Assembly: GCA_964016885.1 (NCBI GenBank)
Contig: OZ024742.1
Span: 295,926,001 to 295,990,000 of the forward strand
Length of the DNA: 64,000 nt
Direction of reading: 5' to 3'
Source of the DNA: Eledone cirrhosa
Taxonomy: Eukaryota
Shown here in pieces: positions 61,651-64,000 of the stretch. The translations under genes were made by a program, and so were the position numbers. Positions within the stretch are counted from its first letter, which is position 1, and the number at the start of each line of letters is the position of its first letter. Under the pieces are notes generated by a model that worked only from the letters and a program-made list of their open reading frames with translations, ran no database searches and was not told where the DNA came from.

Positions 61651-64000
61651 AACAGGCGGGATCCACCCGTACTTAGGGATTAATTGTGTCCCGCATAATC
61701 AAAAAATGGATAATTATGATGATAATGAATAAAAGTTTGCAGGCTCAAGATTGTGGGAATGTCATAGTCTTCAGTGTAAGCTAGAGATCCCCAAATAGCC
61801 AAAATCAATCCCTGCACAAGAGAGACAGGAAGTGAATATGCTCGAGAAGTAAAGGAGTTGAAGAGCTGAAGAATACCTGACTGAGAATGGTTGAGGAGGA
61901 AATCAAAGCAAGGAGGATTGTGATTGGGTATACAGTTAAGACAAAGTAAAAAACCTTTACATGGGGGATGCCTTAAAACACATGTTGTTGTATGATGGGC
62001 CCACCAAACCTGAAGTGCCCAAGGTCTCAATCCAGCCCTGCTCAGAAACAGCTTGACTTGAACAATCCCCCCCACCCCCACCCACACACACGCACATATA
62101 TGATGGGCTTTTGCACTGTTTCTGTCTACCAAAATTCACTTCCAAAGTATTGGTTAAGCCAAATGGGATTGAACCTAAAACTATATGGTTATGAAACAAA
62201 CTACTTAATGAAACAGGCATGCCTGTGCCAAGGTATACAAAAAGAAATATTGAGAAAAGTTGACTAAAAGAACAAAGACATCTGTTAAGCTGTTCTATTT
62301 AATTTATATAAGATTAGACCAAATAATTTATTGTTATGTTTATGTGTGTCTTTGATAAACATCTATAGGTTCCTGTCAGGCAGCCACACTGTGTGATATA
62401 GTGAAATGGCATCTACTTTACAGTTTCCCATTTATCCTCCTCCTCTTCCTTCCCTTTATATTTTTACAGCTTCATGCTTAATTAGGAAATTTTTCAGTTT
62501 CCAAGTTACTGCAAGAATAAATGAACTAAGATAAATATTTTCCAGTGACAACATTGAAATCTATTGGTTTAGGACATAGCTGTATGGTTTAGAACTTTGC
62601 TTTGCAGATGTGTGATTCTAAGGTCAGTCTGACTGTATTGCACCTTTGGCAAGTGTCTTTAATTATAACCTTGGGCTGATCAATGCCTTGGGGTTGAAAT
62701 TTGGTAGACTGTAACATCATAGTTTAGTGTCTCCTATTTTGAAGTTCAAATCTTGCCAGGTTTAATATACTCACTGATTTTTTTTAGGGAATAAAGTAAG
62801 AATCGGTACTGTACTAGAATTAAACTGCTTTTAACTACAGTTGAGCTGATATACTAGCCATACTTAGAAGATATATTAGACCTAGCTTTACGATTTGTTA
62901 AATAAAATTCAAGTTAAAGAGAAAACATCTGTATAGTAGCCTGAGCTGCTACAGATAGCAGCCAACTGAAAAACAGGAAAGGCAAGTTAGATAATGAACT
63001 AGTCTAAGATTTGATCTAAGGTTTTGACCAATATCATTTGTTTCTTTAGCAGCATTCATTGTGTTTCATGCATTTGGACCAGAATGCTAGAAATAGCAAC
63101 CAACTCTTCCTCAAATCTACCATTTCAAAAATAAGATAGGATGACCACAGTTCACTTTTCTGGAAGTGTTCAGACTAGACTGAACATTAAACTACCATAA
63201 TGGCATCAATGTTGGAGGGACTGCTGAGTGGTGTACATTGGTATATTGCTATTCATGTTGTTTTCTATAAACAGTCATTAGAGCATCAGATTGTGATATT
63301 TTTTTATATTTGTTCTGGCTATCTGAGCTGTAAATTCAAATTCCACAGAATTTAAGTTAGCTTTTCATCTCTTCAGGGCAGATAGATAAATACCAGTTTA
63401 GATTGGCAGAATTTTTAGAGCACCTGATGAGATGGAACACAGTACGTGTTCTGGCTTTGTGCATTCAGCGTTTAAACCTCTTACCACAGGAAATATAGTA
63501 ACATAACAAGACATGACAAGTCCCTATCATTAAAACAAAAAGAGACCTCTTATGAGATGTAACCTAATAGGTGGCCCACAAAACCTACACATGTGTGAAT
63601 TGTAACAGCAACAAATAAAATACGATCTCATTATTTACACTTTATAATAATTGTTATGTCAATAGTGGTTGAATTGATCAGTGAAATGTTCTATTCCTGA
63701 TCATTCCTATCTTTAGTAACAACCCTAAAATTCTTTCAATCAATATTCTGTGTGTAACTTACCTTTATATTTACTACCATCTTTATCTGCCATTCCAGAA
63801 AATGCCTAAACCTCCCCTCTTTTTACTTGCTGATCTTTTCAGCTACACATTGAATTTAAGTGGTTTCTCATCCATTATTAATTGACATATGGTTCATTAA
63901 ATGAAAGCCTGTAGATCACCTTTATATATGGTTCATTTGTTCTATAATTTTTAGCCACTAATGTAAGCAGACTGTCTTAGACCAAAGGATAATATTGAGT

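Noticed and set aside
1-64000. Prokaryotic-type systems (retron, DGR, operons, defence islands) suggested by RT ORFs
   Set aside because: All RTs are eukaryotic non-LTR types with APE or RLE domains and microsatellite tails, and there is no operon-like gene density.

Overview
AT-rich eukaryotic (animal) genomic DNA with no intact cellular protein-coding gene that I can recognise; almost every long ORF is transposon-derived or an antisense shadow of one. The SINE repertoire looks like that of octopod cephalopods (recognised from memory, not searched). Main contents: (1) four young 5'-truncated RTE-clade LINE copies of two subfamilies, whose ORF carries a PHD-type zinc finger just after the RT core; (2) older RTE, Expander/Rex3-like, CR1-like and R4/Dong-like fragments; (3) several tRNA-derived SINE families, one sharing its 3' part with the RTE-B 3'UTR; (4) a non-autonomous Helitron, a mariner deletion derivative, and pogo-like and piggyBac-like MITEs. 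The most interesting signal is a set of (TA)n-flanked Penelope-like (probably Naiad-type) remnants: GIY-YIG fragments, several type I hammerhead ribozyme motifs (some with a ~90-110 nt expanded stem II), long fold-back palindromes and an inverted pair of tRNA-like genes, concentrated at 50.3-60 kb. A few + strand micro-exon candidates suggest the window may be intronic to a large gene, but this is unproven. Coordinates of degenerate repeats are approximate.
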